64,000 bases of DNA from Paracoccaceae bacterium (GCA_021647745.1 JAKIUB010000014.1:1214-65213); one strand, 5' to 3'. Positions 19,769 through 31,049 are shown, counted from the first letter of the stretch. Numbers and translations: made by a program. The notes: generated by a model from the sequence alone, not told the origin.

Positions 19769-21085
19769 GTGATATTACATATAGAAAAAGAAATAATTGT
19801 AATCGAGAGCCGTGTGTCGCATTCAACCCGTCATTTTTTGTTTCTGCAAGGTCCCCACGGCCCGTTTTTCGGCCAGCTCGGCGCAGCGCTACAGGCTGAC
19901 GGGCACGCAGTGTTCAAGGTCGGCTTTAACCGTGGCGACAGGTTTTTTTGGCCCCGCCGCTTGCCCTATACCCCCTATCGCGGCGACGAGTCGGGCTGGG
20001 CCAAGGCGCTGGAAAGACTGATCAAGGTAAATGCTATCACCGATATCGTAATTTATGGCGATGCGCGTCCGCTCCATGCGGCTGCGGTAACGGCAGCCAA
20101 AGCCCACGGGCTGAAGCTGCACTGCTTTGAAGAAGGCTATCTGCGCCCGTTCTGGGCAACCTACGAGCGCAATGGCGCCAACGGAAACTCGCCCCTGATG
20201 GCCCTGGGCATTGAGAAAATGCGCGATATTCTTGGTGATGACGCCCCAAGGCTCGCAAAAACCCCCGCCCAATGGGGACCTCTCTGGCATCATATTTTTT
20301 ATGGTGCGGTTTTTCACCTGAACCTGCTGTTTCCCTCAAAAACCTATGCGCGCTACCAACCCCATCGCGTGGTGTCGGTCCGGCAGGAGTTTTTGGCTGG
20401 CCTGCGCGCCATGGCCACCCTGCCGCTACATTCGATCAACCGGCGGCTCGCAACACAACGGCTTTTCAAGCGTAAAGATCCCTATTTTTTAGGGCTTTTG
20501 CAGCTCGGACACGATAGTTCCATCCTCAGCCATTCTGCCTTTGATACCAACAAACAATTTGTCGATTTGTGCATCAAGGAGTTTTCGCGCGGGGCCAGCG
20601 CCCCTTTGCGACTGGTCTTCAAAACCCATCCTCTGGATGACGGCCGCGACAAGCTCGACCGGCATATCCGCACCACAGCCACCCGCCACAATGTTGCCGA
20701 CCGAGTGGATTTCATTCAGGGCGGCAAACTTGGCGCACTCCTTGATCGGGCAACCGGTGCCATCACCATCAATTCCACCGCCGCCCAGCAGGCGCTGTGG
20801 CGCGGCCTGCCGGTGCGCGCAACCGGAAATTCTGTTTTCAAGAAAGGCCAGCTGGTTTCTCGCCAGCCTCTGGCCGAATTTTTCAAATCCCCGACCCCGC
20901 CAGACAGGGAATCCTACCTTGTTTATCGGGCGTTTTTACTGCAAACATCGCAAGTGCCGGGCGGCTACTACACCAACGAAGGCCGCATGGCCCTGATATC
21001 GCGCGTGGTCAATATGATGTTGGCAGAGGAAGATCCCTATTCCAGCTTTATCCACCGCCATGTGGCAAAAACGACCCAGAAATAA
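19769..21085 (+). CDS. kpsS: capsule polysaccharide biosynthesis/export protein KpsS (beta-Kdo transferase family)
   Basis: ...RHFLFLQGPHGPFFGQLG...CFEEGYLRPFW...FKTHPLDDG...NSTAAQQALWRGLPV are KpsS/LipB-type motifs. The start is uncertain: the track uses GTG 19769 inside an AT-rich stretch, and the in-frame GTG at 19814 is an alternative. Confidence 0.8.
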   Translation: MILHIEKEIIVIESRVSHSTRHFLFLQGPHGPFFGQLGAALQADGHAVFKVGFNRGDRFFWPRRLPYTPYRGDESGWAKALERLIKVNAITDIVIYGDARPLHAAAVTAAKAHGLKLHCFEEGYLRPFWATYERNGANGNSPLMALGIEKMRDILGDDAPRLAKTPAQWGPLWHHIFYGAVFHLNLLFPSKTYARYQPHRVVSVRQEFLAGLRAMATLPLHSINRRLATQRLFKRKDPYFLGLLQLGHDSSILSHSAFDTNKQFVDLCIKEFSRGASAPLRLVFKTHPLDDGRDKLDRHIRTTATRHNVADRVDFIQGGKLGALLDRATGAITINSTAAQQALWRGLPVRATGNSVFKKGQLVSRQPLAEFFKSPTPPDRESYLVYRAFLLQTSQVPGGYYTNEGRMALISRVVNMMLAEEDPYSSFIHRHVAKTTQK

Positions 21086-21209
21086 ACAACTCAGCCACCA
21101 CCTAGCAAACCGCTGGTTTTTTTGCGCAGCGCGCACTATGGTAGTGTCAATAATGCGTAAAAAGCGCAATAAATATTGCTGGCCGGATATCTAATGACAG
21201 GTAGAAACA

Positions 21210-22352
21210 TTGGGAAAACATAACACTACCAGCCGGAAAGTGCGGCTTGCCGCGCTAATGAGTATGTTGCTGGTACTGGGCGCCTGTGGCCTGCCACGCT
21301 CCGGCCCCTCGCAGGCCGAGATCATGGCCGGTTCGGTCGAGAATGGCGGTAGCACCAATATCGTGATGGTCGATGACCGTGTCGCCCGCGCCGCAACCCT
21401 GAGCCAGCCGCTTGGTTTTTCACGCAGCTTTCTTAATGCCGGTCTCGCGGCCGTAGACCGGATCCGCGCCGGTGATCTTATTACAATCACCATCTGGGAA
21501 AATGTCGACAATGGCCTGCTAGCCGAGACGGGGGCCAGCTCGACCACCCTGAGCGACATCGAAGTCGACCAACTCGGAAATATTTTTGTGCCCTATGCAG
21601 GCACAATCCGCGCTTCCGGGCGCACCCCCGAAGGATTGCGCACCGACATAACCCGTGAGCTGGAGCGCCAAACCCCTGACCCGCAGGTTGAAGTGCGGCG
21701 CAAGCCCGGCAATGGTGCCGCGGTCAATGTTGTGGGCGGGGTAAACAAGCAGGGTGTCTATCTGCTTCATGCAGCCTCCCGCCGGCTCACCGCCATGCTG
21801 GCCAGTGCGGGCGGGATATCTCTCGACCCCGCCGGCACCAAGGTCATCGTGCAACGCGGCAATGAATCAGGCGCCATCTGGCTGCGTGATCTCTACTCAA
21901 ACCCGAAAAACGACATCACCCTGCGCGCCAATGACCGGATTATCGTTGAAAAGGACGAGCGCTATTTCTCCGTGCTGGGCGCCACTACGGGGCAAGCGCG
22001 CATAGATTTCACCAGCCGCAACCCAAGTATCGTGGATGCGCTTTCACTTATAGGCGGGCTAAACAGCCGGATCGCCGACCCGCGCGGGATATTCATCTTT
22101 CGCATGGAGACGGCTGACATCGCCAACAAGGTGCTTGACACCACCCAATTCACCACCCCGCAGCGCGTTGCCTATGTAATAGATTTGACGACAGACGAGA
22201 GTATTTTTACGGCACAGACCTTCAAAATCCGCGATCGCGATACGATCTATGTCACTGAAGCTCCATTTGTGGGCTGGACACGGGTGCTTGAATCCATCGC
22301 CGGAACGGTGAATACTCTGGATAGCCTCGCAACTGTAGCGAGTGCGCTCTAG
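21210..22352 (+). CDS. polysaccharide export protein (Wza/KpsD-like periplasmic/outer-membrane component), probable lipoprotein
   Basis: Lipobox LVLGACG. Poly_export-like motif DIEVDQLGNIFVPYAGTIRASGRTPEGLRTDITREL, followed by SLBB-like repeats. The track start is TTG 21210. Other possible starts are GTG 21240 and ATG 21258. Confidence 0.8.
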   Translation: MGKHNTTSRKVRLAALMSMLLVLGACGLPRSGPSQAEIMAGSVENGGSTNIVMVDDRVARAATLSQPLGFSRSFLNAGLAAVDRIRAGDLITITIWENVDNGLLAETGASSTTLSDIEVDQLGNIFVPYAGTIRASGRTPEGLRTDITRELERQTPDPQVEVRRKPGNGAAVNVVGGVNKQGVYLLHAASRRLTAMLASAGGISLDPAGTKVIVQRGNESGAIWLRDLYSNPKNDITLRANDRIIVEKDERYFSVLGATTGQARIDFTSRNPSIVDALSLIGGLNSRIADPRGIFIFRMETADIANKVLDTTQFTTPQRVAYVIDLTTDESIFTAQTFKIRDRDTIYVTEAPFVGWTRVLESIAGTVNTLDSLATVASAL

Positions 22353-22379
22353 GGCTTTGGGCCGAACAAAGGATTAACA

Positions 22380-24389
22380 GTGCAAAAACTGGCGGTCTAC
22401 ACGCTTGGCTTCCTGCAGGTTCCCTATATCCGCAAAATGCTGCGTATTACGGGCTGGCAGGTGCAGCTCGGGCCTTTGGCACCTAATGCCGCGGCTGTCG
22501 GTGTCTGGGGCAGAAAGCCGCGGGCGCAGCGGGGGATCAAAGCCTCAAGCCGCCGTGGCCTGCCGCTGCTAAGCGTGGAAGACGCTTTTTTGCGCTCGGT
22601 TCACCCCGGACCAAAAAGCGCACCTGCCGGGCTGGTACTGGATAATATCGGCATTTTCTTTGATGCCAGCCAGCCCTCGCGCCTCGAAAATATCCTGAAT
22701 TTTGAACCACTGAACGACCCGGCCGAGATCAAGCGCGCGCGCGAGGGCATCGCCTTTTTGCGCCATTACGGGCTATCAAAGTATAACCCTGTGCCGCGCG
22801 GCAACCAAAACACCCCCGCGCCCGGCTATGTGCTGGTGGTTGACCAAACCCGAGGAGATGCCTCGATCACTTGCGGCATGGCCGCAGACCACACATTCGC
22901 CACCATGCTGGCCAAGGCTCGCGTGGACCACCCGAAAAAACGTATCGTCATCCGCACCCACCCCGCAGTCGGCCCCCGTGCCAAACAGGGGCATTTCGGG
23001 CTGGCCGATCTGGATGCCCGCACCAGTATTACCAGCCAGCCAATAAACCCGTGGGACCTGCTCGAAGGCGCTTTGGCGGTTTATTGTGTCACCTCGCAGC
23101 TTGGCTTTGAAGCCATATTGGCCGGTCACCGGCCTGTGGTATTCGGCATACCTTTTTATGCCGGATGGGGGCTGAGTGACGACCAGCAAAGCTGCACGCG
23201 CCGCCAGCGCCAGCTTAGTGTCGAGCAGTTGTTTATCGGGGCAATGCTGCGCTATCCGGCATGGGTGGACCTTGCCTCCAGCCAGCCTTGCAGCTTCGAG
23301 AGCGCGGCTTTGGCGCTGCTGGCCCGCGCGCGACATCATTGGCTAAGTGCTACGCCCAGCGTCGCGGTCGGCATGCGCAGCTGGAAGCGACAACAGATAT
23401 CAAGGTTTTTATCACGGGCCATTTTCAGCCCGCCGTCACAGGCAGCCAACGCGGCAAAAAAACGCGGCGCGCGGGTGGTTGTCTGGGCCAATCAGCAGGA
23501 TCAGGCGCTCAAAACTGCCTGCGCGACCAACAATGTAGCGCTTTGGCGCATGGAAGACGGATTTTTGCGCTCGCGCGGGCTGGGCGCGGCGCTGACACCG
23601 GCCGAATCGGTGGTGCTTGATGATCTTGGCATTTATTACGACCCCACACGCCCTTCACGGCTGGAACGCTTGATCGAGGATTCGGTTCACCTTCCAGAGG
23701 TCGCACTGATCCGCGCACGCCGTCTCATCAAGCAGGTGGTAGCGGAAAATATTACCAAATACAACCTGAAGATAGCCACGCCCGATTTTTTCATTCCCTC
23801 CGGCAGGCAGGTTATTCTCGTTCCCGGACAGGTCGAGGATGACGCCTCTATCCGCCTTGGCGCAGGCGAGGTTTGCACCAATCTAGGGCTGCTTCAGGCC
23901 ACTCGCCGCGCCAATCCCGACGCATTTATCATCTATAAACCCCACCCCGATGTCGAAGCAGGGCTGCGGTCGGGCTTGGTGAAAAACCCGACCGCACTGG
24001 CGGATGTGGTAGCGAATAATGCCCCGATCGTCCCCCTGCTCGATATTGCCGACGAGATCTGGACCATGACCTCCCTCACCGGTTTCGAGGCCCTGCTGCG
24101 GGGGAAAAAAACCACCTGTCTCGGTATGCCGTTTTACGCTGGCTGGGGCCTGACGAACGACCTTTCTCCCCCCTGTCCACGCCGCCACGCCCGCCCGGAC
24201 CTTGCCGCGCTGGCCCATGCGGTATTGATAGATTACCCGCTCTATCTCGACCCGAAAACCGGCAGGGCCTGCACGCCGGAATTACTGGTAATTCGCTTAA
24301 AAAATGGTAAAGGAAAGCGGCACACTCGCCTGAAGTTACTGTCAAAAATACAAGGACGCCTTGCCTCGTTCGCCCACCTGTGGCGCTAG
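22380..24389 (+). CDS. kpsC: capsule polysaccharide biosynthesis/export protein KpsC (tandem beta-Kdo transferase domains)
   Basis: 669 aa with two similar halves: ...LSVEDAFLRSV...LVLDNIGIFFDASQPSRLE... and ...WRMEDGFLRSRGLG...VVLDDLGIYYDPTRPSRLE.... Each half ends in a PFYAGWGL motif. GTG start at 22380. Confidence 0.88.
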   Translation: MQKLAVYTLGFLQVPYIRKMLRITGWQVQLGPLAPNAAAVGVWGRKPRAQRGIKASSRRGLPLLSVEDAFLRSVHPGPKSAPAGLVLDNIGIFFDASQPSRLENILNFEPLNDPAEIKRAREGIAFLRHYGLSKYNPVPRGNQNTPAPGYVLVVDQTRGDASITCGMAADHTFATMLAKARVDHPKKRIVIRTHPAVGPRAKQGHFGLADLDARTSITSQPINPWDLLEGALAVYCVTSQLGFEAILAGHRPVVFGIPFYAGWGLSDDQQSCTRRQRQLSVEQLFIGAMLRYPAWVDLASSQPCSFESAALALLARARHHWLSATPSVAVGMRSWKRQQISRFLSRAIFSPPSQAANAAKKRGARVVVWANQQDQALKTACATNNVALWRMEDGFLRSRGLGAALTPAESVVLDDLGIYYDPTRPSRLERLIEDSVHLPEVALIRARRLIKQVVAENITKYNLKIATPDFFIPSGRQVILVPGQVEDDASIRLGAGEVCTNLGLLQATRRANPDAFIIYKPHPDVEAGLRSGLVKNPTALADVVANNAPIVPLLDIADEIWTMTSLTGFEALLRGKKTTCLGMPFYAGWGLTNDLSPPCPRRHARPDLAALAHAVLIDYPLYLDPKTGRACTPELLVIRLKNGKGKRHTRLKLLSKIQGRLASFAHLWR

Positions 24390-25306
24390 GGTTTAGCCGC
24401 CGGATGGCTGCTGTTATATATCTCCATCAGGCGGGTCTGGTCCAGACTGGTATAAATCTGAGTGCTGGAAAGGGAGGCATGGCCGAGCAGCTCCTGAATG
24501 GTGCGCAAATCTCCGCCCGCCTCCAGCAAGTGGGTGGCAAACGAGTGGCGCAGCGCGTGTGGCGTGGCAGTGGCCGGCAGACCGAGCTGTCCGCGCAACC
24601 CTTCCATCAGCTTTTGAATGGCCCGCGCCCCCAGCCGCTTGCCGCGCACCCCGATAAACAGCGGCCCGTCATCAGCAAGATCGTGGGGGCAGGCTTTGAG
24701 GTAGGCTTCCACCCCTGCCCGCGCGACCGGCAGCACCGGTAATATCCGCTCTTTGTTGCCCTTGCCTATGATCCGCAAAACCTCGGGTAAGGGGGCGGCA
24801 GCACGGTTCAACCCCAGTGCTTCCGATATTCGCATACCGCAACCATAAAGCAGTAATATTACAGCGGTATCGCGCGCAGCCACCCATGGCTCTTGATGCT
24901 GAATATCAACCTGTGCGAGCATTTCACGAGCATCTCCAGCCGCTACTGGCCGCGGCAAATTTGGCTTTACCCTTGGGCCGCGCATCGAGGGAACAGCCGC
25001 GTTTTCAATCCCTTCCATCTCAAGCAGCCAGCCATAAAACCCCTTCACCGCAGACAGTGCCCGTGCGAGGCTGCGCGCTGATAGCCCGCGCCCGCGCGCA
25101 TCGGCCATCCACGCCCGCATATCGCGCACACCGACAGCTCCCAGCGCCGAAAGCCCGACATCACCCCCGTGATAGCGGTTTAAAAAGCCGAGAAACCCGC
25201 TCACATCACGCTGGTATGCCTCTATTGTTTTTGGGCTTTTTCCCTGCACCTGCGCGGCCAAAAGCCAGCGCTGCATCAAATCCAGCGCTTGCGCCGAGCC
25301 GCTCAC
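24386..25306 (-). CDS. xerC: tyrosine site-specific recombinase XerC
   Basis: C-terminal catalytic residues ...ATPHALRHSFATHLLEAGGDLRTIQELLGHASLSSTQIYT... Preceded by a DUF484 gene, the usual xerC context. Start is GTG 25306 (GTGA overlap with the DUF484 stop) or ATG 25276. XerC versus XerD is not proven. Confidence 0.85.
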   Translation of the reverse strand: MSGSAQALDLMQRWLLAAQVQGKSPKTIEAYQRDVSGFLGFLNRYHGGDVGLSALGAVGVRDMRAWMADARGRGLSARSLARALSAVKGFYGWLLEMEGIENAAVPSMRGPRVKPNLPRPVAAGDAREMLAQVDIQHQEPWVAARDTAVILLLYGCGMRISEALGLNRAAAPLPEVLRIIGKGNKERILPVLPVARAGVEAYLKACPHDLADDGPLFIGVRGKRLGARAIQKLMEGLRGQLGLPATATPHALRHSFATHLLEAGGDLRTIQELLGHASLSSTQIYTSLDQTRLMEIYNSSHPAAKP

Positions 25307-25989
25307 GCCACCCAGCGGCGTAAAATACGCTCAAAAGCCTCGGCGAAAAATGTCAGCAGGTCTACCCCTTGTTCGGGGCTGAAGCGGTCGGTATTTTCAG
25401 AGCCAAAGGCCAGGAGCGCCGGAAGTTGCTTTTGCCCAAGGTCCAGGCGCAGCAATGCTTCGGATTTTACCCGACCGGCAGCGGCAGTAAACACCTTGGA
25501 TTTGTTTGGACCAGCCAGGCGCAGCGTAACTTTGCGCAGGGCAATATCACGGCCATTGGTAACGATCTCGCGAATCGCCCCCGGCTCCAGCGGGGTGATT
25601 ACCGCATGGGGCAGCTCGTTGCTCTGGGATTTGCGCTCGATGCAAAGCCGCACCATATCAACCCCCAATATATTAGCGACCTCGCTTTGCAGCACATCAA
25701 GAAAGCTCTGGAAATCGCGCGGCTCAAGCACCGAAAGCACGGCGCGCTGCACCTGACTGGTGCCCGCCATATTGTCATAGGCGGCAGCAATCACACTGGC
25801 ATGGGTATCTTCCAGCCGTTCCAGCCGCTGCTCCAGCCGCTCCAGAAAGACATTGCGCAGGTCAACCACGCGCTCGCCATTAACCGCATCTTGCGCGTGC
25901 AAAAGCGCGCGCATCACGTCGCTATCATCCAGCACCACCGAAGGGTCGCTCAGAATATCGGCTTTAAGTTTTTTGATCGCGTCGCTCAT
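25303..25989 (-). CDS. DUF484 family protein
   Basis: 228 aa. MSDAIKKLKADILSDPSVVLDDSDVMRALL... with a GAF-like C-terminal half. Conserved partner upstream of xerC. Confidence 0.8.
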   Translation of the reverse strand: MSDAIKKLKADILSDPSVVLDDSDVMRALLHAQDAVNGERVVDLRNVFLERLEQRLERLEDTHASVIAAAYDNMAGTSQVQRAVLSVLEPRDFQSFLDVLQSEVANILGVDMVRLCIERKSQSNELPHAVITPLEPGAIREIVTNGRDIALRKVTLRLAGPNKSKVFTAAAGRVKSEALLRLDLGQKQLPALLAFGSENTDRFSPEQGVDLLTFFAEAFERILRRWVA

Positions 25990-26014
25990 CTTGTCCTCGA
26001 ATAAGCTAGGGGCC

Positions 26015-26668
26015 TCAAAGAATCTGCTGGCCGGTTTTGGCCCAGTCGGCCATAAAGGCTTTCAGGCCCTTTTCTGTCAGCGGGTGGTCGGCGAGCTTTT
26101 TCAGCACCTCCGGCGGGGCGGTCACCACATCGGCACCGATCAGCGCTGATTGGGTCACATGGTTAACCGTGCGCACCGAGGCCACGAGAATCTCGGTTTT
26201 GAACAGGTAATTGTCATAGATGGTACGAATTTCGTCAATCAGGTCCATACCGTCGAGGTTTATATCATCGAGCCGTCCCACGAAGGGCGAAATAAATGTT
26301 GCGCCAGCCTTGGCGGCCAGCAATGCTTGGTTGGCAGAAAAGCACAGCGTAACATTAACCATGGTGCCTTCGTCCGACAGGGTTTTGCAGGCCTTTAGCC
26401 CTGCCCATGTCAGCGGCACTTTTACTGCGATGTTTTCGGCGATTTTTGCAAGCTTGCGGCCCTCGGCTATCATGTCTTCGGCACCGGTTGCCACCACTTC
26501 GGCACTAACCGGCCCATCAACCAGCGCGCAGATCTCTTTGGTCACCTCGAGTATATCGCGCCCCGATTTCAGGATCAGCGAAGGGTTGGTAGTAACCCCG
26601 TCAACCATGCCGGTTTCATTCAGCTCCGCAATGGCGTCAATATCCGCGGTATCTACAAAAAATTTCAT
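26015..26668 (-). CDS. fsa: fructose-6-phosphate aldolase / short transaldolase (type 3B)
   Basis: [32 protein letters not shown]...[12 protein letters not shown]...VNVTLCFS...[12 protein letters not shown]. Start moved to the ATG at 26666-26668. Confidence 0.93.
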   Translation of the reverse strand: MKFFVDTADIDAIAELNETGMVDGVTTNPSLILKSGRDILEVTKEICALVDGPVSAEVVATGAEDMIAEGRKLAKIAENIAVKVPLTWAGLKACKTLSDEGTMVNVTLCFSANQALLAAKAGATFISPFVGRLDDINLDGMDLIDEIRTIYDNYLFKTEILVASVRTVNHVTQSALIGADVVTAPPEVLKKLADHPLTEKGLKAFMADWAKTGQQIL

Positions 26669-26749
26669 GCCTGTCATCCGTTTATTATGCGCTCCCCGCG
26701 AGCGGTTTCGCTATACCATATCCCAAGGATTCGGTGGATGGAAGCCAAC

Positions 26750-28942
26750 ATGACACAGCCAGAGGATTTTAATGAAGGAGAAGCGGTGGCCGTACTGACC
26801 ACCGAGCCGGTAGAGCGCCTGCTTGATTATCTTGCACCAACGGGCGGGGTCAGCATCGGGAGACTTGTCAAGGTGCCGCTGGGACCAAGGCAGGTGATCG
26901 GGGTGGTTTGGGGAAAAGGCACAGGGTTTGCGCCGGAAAAGCTGCGCAAAATCAGTACAGTCTCCGACGCGCCGGCCATTACCGGCGAAATGCTTGATTT
27001 CATCAAAAGGGTGGCAGATTATAATGTTGCGCCGCTAAGCGCGGTATTGCGCCTCGCCACCCGCGCGCCGGGCCTGCTGGACCCGCCCGCCAAGCGCAAG
27101 CTCGTATCCCTCAGCGGATTAATACCGGCCAAGCAAACCGCCGCACGCAAAAAGGTGATAGCATTTTTGCAAGCCGGGGGCGGGCGGCCTTTTGCGCCCG
27201 TCGAGCTGGCTCAATTTGCCGGTGTGTCGCAAGGGGTGGTTACCGGCCTGATAAAACAAGGGGTGCTTTTGGTAGAGGATGCCCCGAGAGACCTGCCCTA
27301 CCCCAGGCTTGACCCCGCCCATAAAGGCAAAGCGCTTTCCGCACTGCAAAGCAAAGCCGCCAAAGCCCTGCGAAAATCCGTGCAGAGCCGGACCTATCAT
27401 ACCACCTTGTTAAAGGGGGTTACCGGCTCTGGCAAAACCGAGGTGTACCTAGAGGCTGTGGCCGAGGTGTTAACGCAAGGCCGCCAAGGGCTGGTGCTCT
27501 TGCCCGAAATTGCCCTGACGGTGGATTTTATTGCCCGACTGGAGGCACGCTTTGGCGCGCGCCCCGCCGAATGGCACTCGGGCGCGACCATGTCCGAGCG
27601 CCGCCGCTGCTGGCGGGCGGTGGCTATGGGCGAGGCGCAGCTGGTGGTCGGGGCGCGCTCGGCGCTGTTTTTGCCCTTTTTCGACCTTGGGCTGATTGTG
27701 GTTGATGAGGAACATGACGGCTCCTACAAACAAGAAGAAGGGGTATATTATCATGCCCGTGATATGGCGGTGCTGCGCGCCTCGATCAGCGGTGCCGGTG
27801 TGATACTGGCCACTGCCACCCCGAGCCTGGAGACATGGGCCAATGCCGAGGCCGGCAAATATATCCGCCTCGATCTGCCCGAGCGCTTTGGCACTGCCAA
27901 GCTGCCCGAAATGGCGGCAATAGATATGCGCAGCGAGAAAATGCAGCCCAACCAGTGGATATCCCCCACCCTGCGCGAGGAGATGCGCAAGGTTTATGGC
28001 GAGGGTAGCCAGTCTTTACTGTTTCTCAACCGGCGCGGCTATGCGCCGCTAACCCTGTGCCGCGCTTGCGGCGAGCAGGTCGGCTGCGAAAGCTGCGATG
28101 CCCGCATGGTCGAGCACAAGTTTCAAAACCGGCTGGTCTGCCACCAGTGCGGCGCCACAAAACCTATCCCCGATACCTGCCCCTCTTGCGAGGTCAGCGG
28201 CAAAATGACCGCGCTGGGACCAGGGGTGGAGCGCATAGCCGAAGAGGTGGCAGAGGTCTTTCCCGATGCGCGGGTGGAGATACTTTCGTCTGATCTGTCG
28301 GATTCAGCCCGCGGGCTGAAAGAGCGAATAGAGGCGATTGCGGCGGGCAAGGCCGATATTATCATCGGCACGCAGATGGTAGCCAAAGGCCATAACTTTC
28401 CGCACCTGACGCTGGTCGGGGTGATAGATGCCGACCTCGGCCTGCAAGGCGGAGATTTGCGGGCAGCAGAAAAAAGCTTTCAGCTCATCCGGCAGGTGGC
28501 AGGGCGAGCCGGCAGGGCCGAAAAACCGGGCCGCGCACTGCTGCAAAGCTTTCAGCCCGGCCACCCTGTGATCGAGGCGATCCTGTCTGGCGACGAGGAG
28601 GCCTTTTGGCAGACCGAAGCAAAGGCGCGGCTCGAGGCCGGCATGCCCCCCTATGGCCGGCTTGCGGGGGTGATTATTTCCAGCCCGAAACAGGCGGATG
28701 CATTTGATATAGCAAACCGGTTGGCGCGAAATGCCCGGCCATTGCTGAATATCGGCGCCCGGGTTTTTGGCCCTGCCGCCGCCCCCATTGCCAAGGTGCG
28801 CGACCACTACCGTGTGCGCCTGCTGGTAAAAGCCGCCAAAGGTGCGCCGCTACAGCGGGCATTGCGCCTATGGGTGCGCCCGCTCAAACGCCCGCCAAAC
28901 CTGCGCATCCGACTGGATATCGACCCGCAAACCTTCTTTTAA
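26750..28942 (+). CDS. priA: primosomal replication restart protein N' (PriA helicase)
   Basis: Walker A motif [18 protein letters not shown] box (VVDEEHD) and a Cys-rich zinc region ([17 protein letters not shown]...CHQCG...CPSC). Start set to the ATG at 26750 (MTQPEDF). Confidence 0.95.
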   Translation: MTQPEDFNEGEAVAVLTTEPVERLLDYLAPTGGVSIGRLVKVPLGPRQVIGVVWGKGTGFAPEKLRKISTVSDAPAITGEMLDFIKRVADYNVAPLSAVLRLATRAPGLLDPPAKRKLVSLSGLIPAKQTAARKKVIAFLQAGGGRPFAPVELAQFAGVSQGVVTGLIKQGVLLVEDAPRDLPYPRLDPAHKGKALSALQSKAAKALRKSVQSRTYHTTLLKGVTGSGKTEVYLEAVAEVLTQGRQGLVLLPEIALTVDFIARLEARFGARPAEWHSGATMSERRRCWRAVAMGEAQLVVGARSALFLPFFDLGLIVVDEEHDGSYKQEEGVYYHARDMAVLRASISGAGVILATATPSLETWANAEAGKYIRLDLPERFGTAKLPEMAAIDMRSEKMQPNQWISPTLREEMRKVYGEGSQSLLFLNRRGYAPLTLCRACGEQVGCESCDARMVEHKFQNRLVCHQCGATKPIPDTCPSCEVSGKMTALGPGVERIAEEVAEVFPDARVEILSSDLSDSARGLKERIEAIAAGKADIIIGTQMVAKGHNFPHLTLVGVIDADLGLQGGDLRAAEKSFQLIRQVAGRAGRAEKPGRALLQSFQPGHPVIEAILSGDEEAFWQTEAKARLEAGMPPYGRLAGVIISSPKQADAFDIANRLARNARPLLNIGARVFGPAAAPIAKVRDHYRVRLLVKAAKGAPLQRALRLWVRPLKRPPNLRIRLDIDPQTFF

Positions 28943-29036
28943 AGCCCTCTCCGAGAAAAATTCGCCATGTTGGGTGCCGCTTTCTGGCCAATGGCTGAAA
29001 ACAACGCTAAGACTTGAGGAAAACCCGAGGAACCAC

Positions 29037-30134
29037 ATGAGCCGCCACCCCGATATCATCCCCCAGCCCGGAATTCTGGGCATTACCCCCTATGTTGCCG
29101 GTAAAACCACCGCCAAGGGTGGCAACCGTGTGACCAAGCTATCAAGCAACGAAAACCCGCTCGGCCCCAGCCCCTTGGCCAAGGCCGCCTATATCGAGGC
29201 CGCCGCCGCGCTGGAGCTTTATCCAAGCGCGGAGCACGCCGCCCTGCGTGCTGCCATTGCCGAAGTGCACGGGCTGGAGGCCAACCGCATTATCTGCGGG
29301 GCCGGCTCTGACGAGATCATCGCCTTTTTGTGTAACACCTATGCCGGTCCGGGCGACGAGGTGCTTTATACCGAACACGGGTTTTCGATGTATGCGATAT
29401 CGGCACGGGCGGCAGGGGCCACGCCGGTCACGGCCCCCGAGCAAAACCGCAAAGCCGATATAGACGCACTTCTGGCCGCCTGCACAAATCGCACAAGGCT
29501 GGTGTTTTTGGCCAACCCCAACAACCCGACCGGCACGATGGTGGCTGAATCAGAGATCAACCGCCTTGCCGAGGGCCTGCCACCACAGGCGCTGCTGGTG
29601 CTTGATGGTGCCTATGCCGAGTTTATCGAGGGATTTGGCGGCCATGCCGCGCTGGTTGAAGCTTGCGATAATGTAGTGATGACCCGCACCTTTTCAAAAA
29701 TATACGGGCTGGGCGGGGCGCGTATTGGTTGGGGCTATGGCCCGGCGCATGTGATCGACGCCCTCAACCGTGTGCGCGGGCCTTTTAATGTGAGCGCAGC
29801 CGCGCTGGCCGCCGCAGAGGCCGCTGTAAAGGACGAAACCTATACCATCCGCTGTCGCGATGAAAACAGCAAATGGCGGGCGTGGCTGCGTGAAGCCTTG
29901 GCCAAAGCCGGCATTCCATCTGACGAGAGCCATACCAATTTCATCCTCGCCCGCTTTGCCGACACCCCCACCGCCAATGCCGCCGACGCCTATTTGCAAA
30001 ACCGCGGGTTGGTGGTACGCAATGTAGCTGGCTATGGGCTGGCTGATTGCCTGCGCATCACCATCGGCGACGAAATCGCCTGCCGCGCCGTGGCTGCAAC
30101 CCTGACCGACTTCATGAAAGGTGCTCGCGCATGA
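29037..30134 (+). CDS. hisC: histidinol-phosphate aminotransferase
   Basis: ...[13 protein letters not shown]...NPNNPTG...[18 protein letters not shown]... Start set to the ATG at 29037 ([12 protein letters not shown]). The track extension overlaps priA. Confidence 0.93.
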   Translation: MSRHPDIIPQPGILGITPYVAGKTTAKGGNRVTKLSSNENPLGPSPLAKAAYIEAAAALELYPSAEHAALRAAIAEVHGLEANRIICGAGSDEIIAFLCNTYAGPGDEVLYTEHGFSMYAISARAAGATPVTAPEQNRKADIDALLAACTNRTRLVFLANPNNPTGTMVAESEINRLAEGLPPQALLVLDGAYAEFIEGFGGHAALVEACDNVVMTRTFSKIYGLGGARIGWGYGPAHVIDALNRVRGPFNVSAAALAAAEAAVKDETYTIRCRDENSKWRAWLREALAKAGIPSDESHTNFILARFADTPTANAADAYLQNRGLVVRNVAGYGLADCLRITIGDEIACRAVAATLTDFMKGARA

Positions 30135-31048
30135 GCCAGTATAAACACGTTGCCCTGATCGGGCTGGGCCTGCTGGCCAGCTCTATCAGCCTTGCCATGC
30201 GCCGCGCCGGCATGAAAGCCCGCATCACCGGCACCGCCCGCTCGAAAGCCACCCGCGACACCGCGCTGAAACTCGGGCTGGTAGATGCGGTATTTGACAC
30301 CGCCGCCGAGGCCGTAAAGGGTGCTGATCTGGTGATCCTCTGTGTGCCGGTCGGGGTGATGGGAGCCATTGCCGAAGAGATCGCGCCATATCTGACCGAA
30401 GGTTGCACGGTTACCGATGTTGGCTCGGTCAAGCGCGCCGTGGTCGAGGCCGTTAACCCGCATATGCCGGATGGCGTGCATTTCATCCCCTCCCATCCGA
30501 TGGCTGGCACCGAAAAATCCGGCCCCGAAGCCGGCTTTGCTTCGCTGTTTGACAATCGCTGGTGCTTGATGACCCCGCTCGAGAGCAATGACCACGCCAC
30601 CGTCGAGCGCCTAAAAGTATTCTGGGGCGCGCTCGGCGCCAATGTCGAAATGATGGAGATTGACCACCATGATCTGGTGGCCAGCGTTATCTCGCACACA
30701 CCGCATCTGATCGCCTATACCATGGTCGGGGTGGCGGACGGCATGAACCGGGTGGCCAAAACCGAGGTGGTTAACTATTCCGCCGCCGGTTTTCGTGATT
30801 TCACCCGCATCGCCGCCTCTGACCCGACCATGTGGCGCGATGTATTTCTGAATAATAAAGACGCCACACTAGAGGTGCTTGGCCGCTTCACCGAAGAGCT
30901 TTTGGCCCTGCAACGCGCTATCCGGTTGGGGGATGGCGACTTTTTGTTTGATTATTTCACCCGCACGCGGGATATCCGGCGTAGTATTATCGACGCGGGC
31001 CAAGACACCAACGCCCCCGATTTTGGTCGAAACAAAGAGGAAAGCTGA
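30131..31048 (+). CDS. tyrC: prephenate/arogenate dehydrogenase family protein
   Basis: Rossmann N-terminus [18 protein letters not shown], then ...[19 protein letters not shown]... ATGA overlap with the hisC stop at 30131-30134. The hisC-tyrC pairing is common. Confidence 0.88.
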   Translation: MSQYKHVALIGLGLLASSISLAMRRAGMKARITGTARSKATRDTALKLGLVDAVFDTAAEAVKGADLVILCVPVGVMGAIAEEIAPYLTEGCTVTDVGSVKRAVVEAVNPHMPDGVHFIPSHPMAGTEKSGPEAGFASLFDNRWCLMTPLESNDHATVERLKVFWGALGANVEMMEIDHHDLVASVISHTPHLIAYTMVGVADGMNRVAKTEVVNYSAAGFRDFTRIAASDPTMWRDVFLNNKDATLEVLGRFTEELLALQRAIRLGDGDFLFDYFTRTRDIRRSIIDAGQDTNAPDFGRNKEES

Positions 31049-31049
31049 C

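Noticed and set aside
24386-25989. XerC as the integrase of a genomic island carrying the capsule genes
   Set aside because: It is paired with DUF484, which is the conserved chromosomal dimer-resolution context. No att-like direct repeats, tRNA gene or other mobility genes are visible nearby.
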